This document shows positions 61,681 through 64,000 of a DNA stretch of 64,000 bases, one piece after another. A program made the translations under genes and the position numbers. The DNA is from a phage: assembly GCA_029742005.1 (NCBI GenBank), contig GCA_029742005.1_4113.1; one strand, 5' to 3'. A model generated the notes under the pieces. The model was not told the DNA's origin. It was given only the letters and a program-made list of their open reading frames with translations, and did no database searches. Numbering within the stretch: the first letter of the stretch is position 1; every line of letters starts with the position of its first letter.

Positions 61681-61947
61681 ATGAATATTAAGTATTTTGC
61701 GACGCGTGAACAAGCTCGGATCGCCGCACGCCAGGACGGGGCAACGTTTAAAGATATGGGCGTACAATCGGAACGTGGTAAACGTTGGGCCATTATAAAG
61801 CGTAGTACCGCCAGATCATTACAGTACTGGCTATCTGCTTTAAAGCGTCCTGATAGTGTATCGCGTCGCGTGGTAGAAATAAAGCACGACCGCAAGGGCA
61901 ACCGCGTTACTGTGTACAGTACTAAAAAGATAGCAGTACTTGAATAA
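61681..61947 (+). CDS. hypothetical basic protein
   Basis: ATG after AAGGGCAA (MNIKYFATREQ). Confidence 0.5.
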   Translation: MNIKYFATREQARIAARQDGATFKDMGVQSERGKRWAIIKRSTARSLQYWLSALKRPDSVSRRVVEIKHDRKGNRVTVYSTKKIAVLE

Positions 61948-61953
61948 AAGTAC

Positions 61954-62022
61954 TTGCATACTATGTTTAAAGGCGTATAATGTTTTACATCAGGACGGGG
62001 AACGAAATAAGTAACTTCCCGT
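61954..62022 (+). promoter_or_regulatory. class C cassette: promoter plus leader hairpin
   Basis: TTGCAT-N16-TATAAT then ACGGGGAAC...CTTCCCGT. Confidence 0.55.
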
Positions 62023-62071
62023 TAAGTAGCCCAGGAGTAAGGCACACGAAAAACTCCCCTGATAAAATAGT

Positions 62072-62099
62072 TTGACAAATGTTTTTAAAAGCGTATAAT
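62072..62099 (+). promoter_or_regulatory. sigma-70-like promoter
   Basis: TTGACA-N16-TATAAT upstream of ORF 62132. Confidence 0.55.
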
Positions 62100-62131
62100 A
62101 CTTACATCAACTACTGAATGAGGGTTACAAA

Positions 62132-62743
62132 ATGAAAACTATCACTACTACTACTTTCGTTATGGCTTTTTCTGAATTGAACGCAGAACAACAAACGTCA
62201 GCTATCGAACTGGTTCGGGATCGGGAACGTTCAAGCGGTGATGATTTCTTTTCTGAGTCAGTGATCGAGTACTATAAAGAAACAGTACTACCAGAATATG
62301 GAATTGATGACGCTGATTTGCAATTCAGTGGTTTTTGGTCGCAGGGTGACGGTGCATCAATCAGTACTGACCACGTTGACGCAGTGAAGTTTTTACGCAA
62401 GATTAAAGCATTAACTAAGTATCGTTCTATCCGTCACCTGCTGAATGAAGATGATTTGGCGATGAGTGTAAAGCGTTCTCACTCCCACTACTCGCATGAA
62501 AACACTGTAAGCGGGTACATTGAATCGGGGTACACTGATTTAACCGCAAAACAAGAAACGTTAGTTAATGAGCTTGAGGAACTACTCACTGAAACTATTC
62601 GTGAATTATCCCGCAAGTTGTACCGTGATTTAGAGAATGCATATGAGGATCAATTCACTACTGAAAACATTACGGCACTGATTGAGGGTAACGAATATCA
62701 ATTCAATGTTATTGATGGCGTAGTAGAATCTATCGAATATTAA
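62132..62743 (+). CDS. hypothetical acidic protein (203 aa)
   Basis: ORF track; GAGGG RBS. Confidence 0.6.
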   Translation: MKTITTTTFVMAFSELNAEQQTSAIELVRDRERSSGDDFFSESVIEYYKETVLPEYGIDDADLQFSGFWSQGDGASISTDHVDAVKFLRKIKALTKYRSIRHLLNEDDLAMSVKRSHSHYSHENTVSGYIESGYTDLTAKQETLVNELEELLTETIRELSRKLYRDLENAYEDQFTTENITALIEGNEYQFNVIDGVVESIEY

Positions 62744-62799
62744 TTCAGTACTGAATCAATGGCGGGAGTGGTTCCCGCCTATAACCAGGAGTAAGCATC

Positions 62800-63033
62800 A
62801 TGTTCGAACAAATTCAAACGACCACAAGCCGGAGCGGAACGAAAGTACATTACATCGCTGATACTGATAAAGGTGTACCCTATTGTGCTGTACACGTAAA
62901 TACTGACGGTGACTATTGGTTAACTGTATACGGGCGTTACTCGTTTGCTTTTAGTGCACATTGTAAGATCCTGGAAGTAGTGAAGCCTACCGGTAAGAAT
63001 ATCACGCCGGGAAAATGTTTTACTAAGCACTAA
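62800..63033 (+). CDS. hypothetical protein, paralog of partial ORF at 63955
   Basis: N-terminus MFEQIQTTTSRSG vs MLEQIKSTSSNVTG. Confidence 0.55.
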   Translation: MFEQIQTTTSRSGTKVHYIADTDKGVPYCAVHVNTDGDYWLTVYGRYSFAFSAHCKILEVVKPTGKNITPGKCFTKH

Positions 63034-63040
63034 AAAGTAC

Positions 63041-63101
63041 TTGCATACTAAGTTTAAAAGCGTATAATACTTTATATCGAGGCGGGGGAATGGTTCCCGC
63101 C
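63041..63101 (+). promoter_or_regulatory. class C cassette: promoter plus leader hairpin
   Basis: TTGCAT-N16-TATAAT then GGCGGGGGAA-TGG-TTCCCGCC. Confidence 0.6.
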
Positions 63102-63119
63102 TTTACTGAGGATTATCTA

Positions 63120-63407
63120 ATGAGCAAAGTAATTAACTATACAGTACTAAGCAAGTCATTATCTATTAGCCAGTGCACCGATGGTTTTTGGCTGTACGAT
63201 GAAACGCGTGGCATGAATTTAGCTATGCGGGAGAAAACTGCTGAGGCGGCGTATTTACAAGCCCTGGAATACTACCAGGAACGTTTAAAGGAAGTAGAAA
63301 ACAATTATCAAAATTTAAAAGAGAAAGTAGATAATTTCGTTGGTCAATTCGTTGACGATGACGAGGAAGACGGGCACTACTGCAACCGTTGCGGATCTTA
63401 CAATTAA
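63120..63407 (+). CDS. hypothetical protein with C-terminal CxxC
   Basis: ATG after GAGGA RBS (MSKVINYT). Confidence 0.55.
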   Translation: MSKVINYTVLSKSLSISQCTDGFWLYDETRGMNLAMREKTAEAAYLQALEYYQERLKEVENNYQNLKEKVDNFVGQFVDDDEEDGHYCNRCGSYN

Positions 63408-63411
63408 GTAC

Positions 63412-63471
63412 TTGCAATTAGTTTTCAGTACTGTATAATGGTTTACATCAAAGGGAGAAATGGTTCTCCCT
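63412..63471 (+). promoter_or_regulatory. class C cassette: promoter plus leader hairpin
   Basis: TTGCAA-N16-TATAAT (spacer has CAGTACTG) then AGGGAGAA-ATGG-TTCTCCCT. Confidence 0.6.
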
Positions 63472-63489
63472 GGTAATGAGGAAAATAAA

Positions 63490-63711
63490 ATGGCTAATAT
63501 CACTACTCTTTCCCAACTGGAAGCACTGGTTAAATCTATGCGGGAACATGCCGACAAAATCGGCGTACAAGATCCAGCCGTTTGCTTTTGCGACGAATTG
63601 AATGATGATACCCTGGTAATAGCAGAAGTCCAGGACGTTTCTAACTATTCCTCGCGTTACACTGGCGGCGTAGCAAATAAAGGTGACTTCTGTTTATACC
63701 TTACAAAATAA
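63490..63711 (+). CDS. hypothetical protein
   Basis: ATG after GAGGAA RBS (MANITTLSQ). Confidence 0.55.
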   Translation: MANITTLSQLEALVKSMREHADKIGVQDPAVCFCDELNDDTLVIAEVQDVSNYSSRYTGGVANKGDFCLYLTK

Positions 63712-63773
63712 CAACGCGGGGAGATAATAACTCCCCGTTACTTTTTCAGTACTGAATCATTTAATAGACGGAT

Positions 63774-63826
63774 CTATGCACCCGGTGGGTTAGTGACTGT
63801 TTCGTCTTGATGTAGTAATTATGCCA
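63774..63826. repeat. ~70-bp repeated element, copy 3
   Basis: TCTATGCACCCGGTGGGTTAGTGACTGTTTCGTCTTGATGTAGTAATTATGCC. Confidence 0.45.
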
Positions 63827-63879
63827 GTACTGGATGCACTTGTCAACAATTATTTTTCAAATACTTTTTATTAAAATAC

Positions 63880-63933
63880 TTGCAATTAGTTTTTAAACGC
63901 GTATAATGTTTTGCATAGGGGGAGCGGTTCCCC
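63880..63933 (+). promoter_or_regulatory. class C cassette: promoter plus leader hairpin
   Basis: TTGCAA-N16-TATAAT then GGGGGA-GCGG-TTCCCC. Confidence 0.6.
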
Positions 63934-63954
63934 TGGTAACTAAGGAATAATAAA

Positions 63955-64000
63955 ATGCTTGAACAAATCAAATCAACGTCTTCGAATGTAACGGGAACGG
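63955..64000 (+). CDS. hypothetical protein, 5' partial at window edge
   Basis: ATG after AAGGAA RBS; ORF runs off the window. Confidence 0.4.
   Translation, partial: MLEQIKSTSSNVTGT

Overview
AT-rich dsDNA phage segment with T4-like hallmarks, dense and ORF-packed; all calls are from reading the sequence and ORF track by eye, with no searches or folding programs run. Positions 1-42 kb are plus-strand early-type genes: a tRNA cluster (Gly, Ser x2, Met/Ile, Asn, Thr, plus one unusual type-II tRNA and one tRNA-like element), three HNH endonucleases, a clear homolog of T4 endonuclease V (denV), a sigma-70-family sigma factor, kinase-like proteins, secreted/lipoproteins and several families of small paralogs, all driven by consensus sigma-70-like promoters. 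The strongest candidate for a novel system is the minus-strand block at 42.7-54.8 kb: nine tandem paralogs of a ~380-aa RCC1-like beta-propeller protein with conserved termini and variable cores, plus one degraded copy and an embedded glycine-rich protein. It is followed by a plus-strand array of ~18 tiny paralogous proteins (54.9-58.9 kb), an ORF-free repeat-rich region (59.0-60.8 kb), and a GC-richer module (60.8-64 kb) with its own promoter-plus-leader-hairpin cassette. Two further tandem arrays of small 3-TM membrane proteins flank denV. Product names without a recognisable motif are left as hypothetical.
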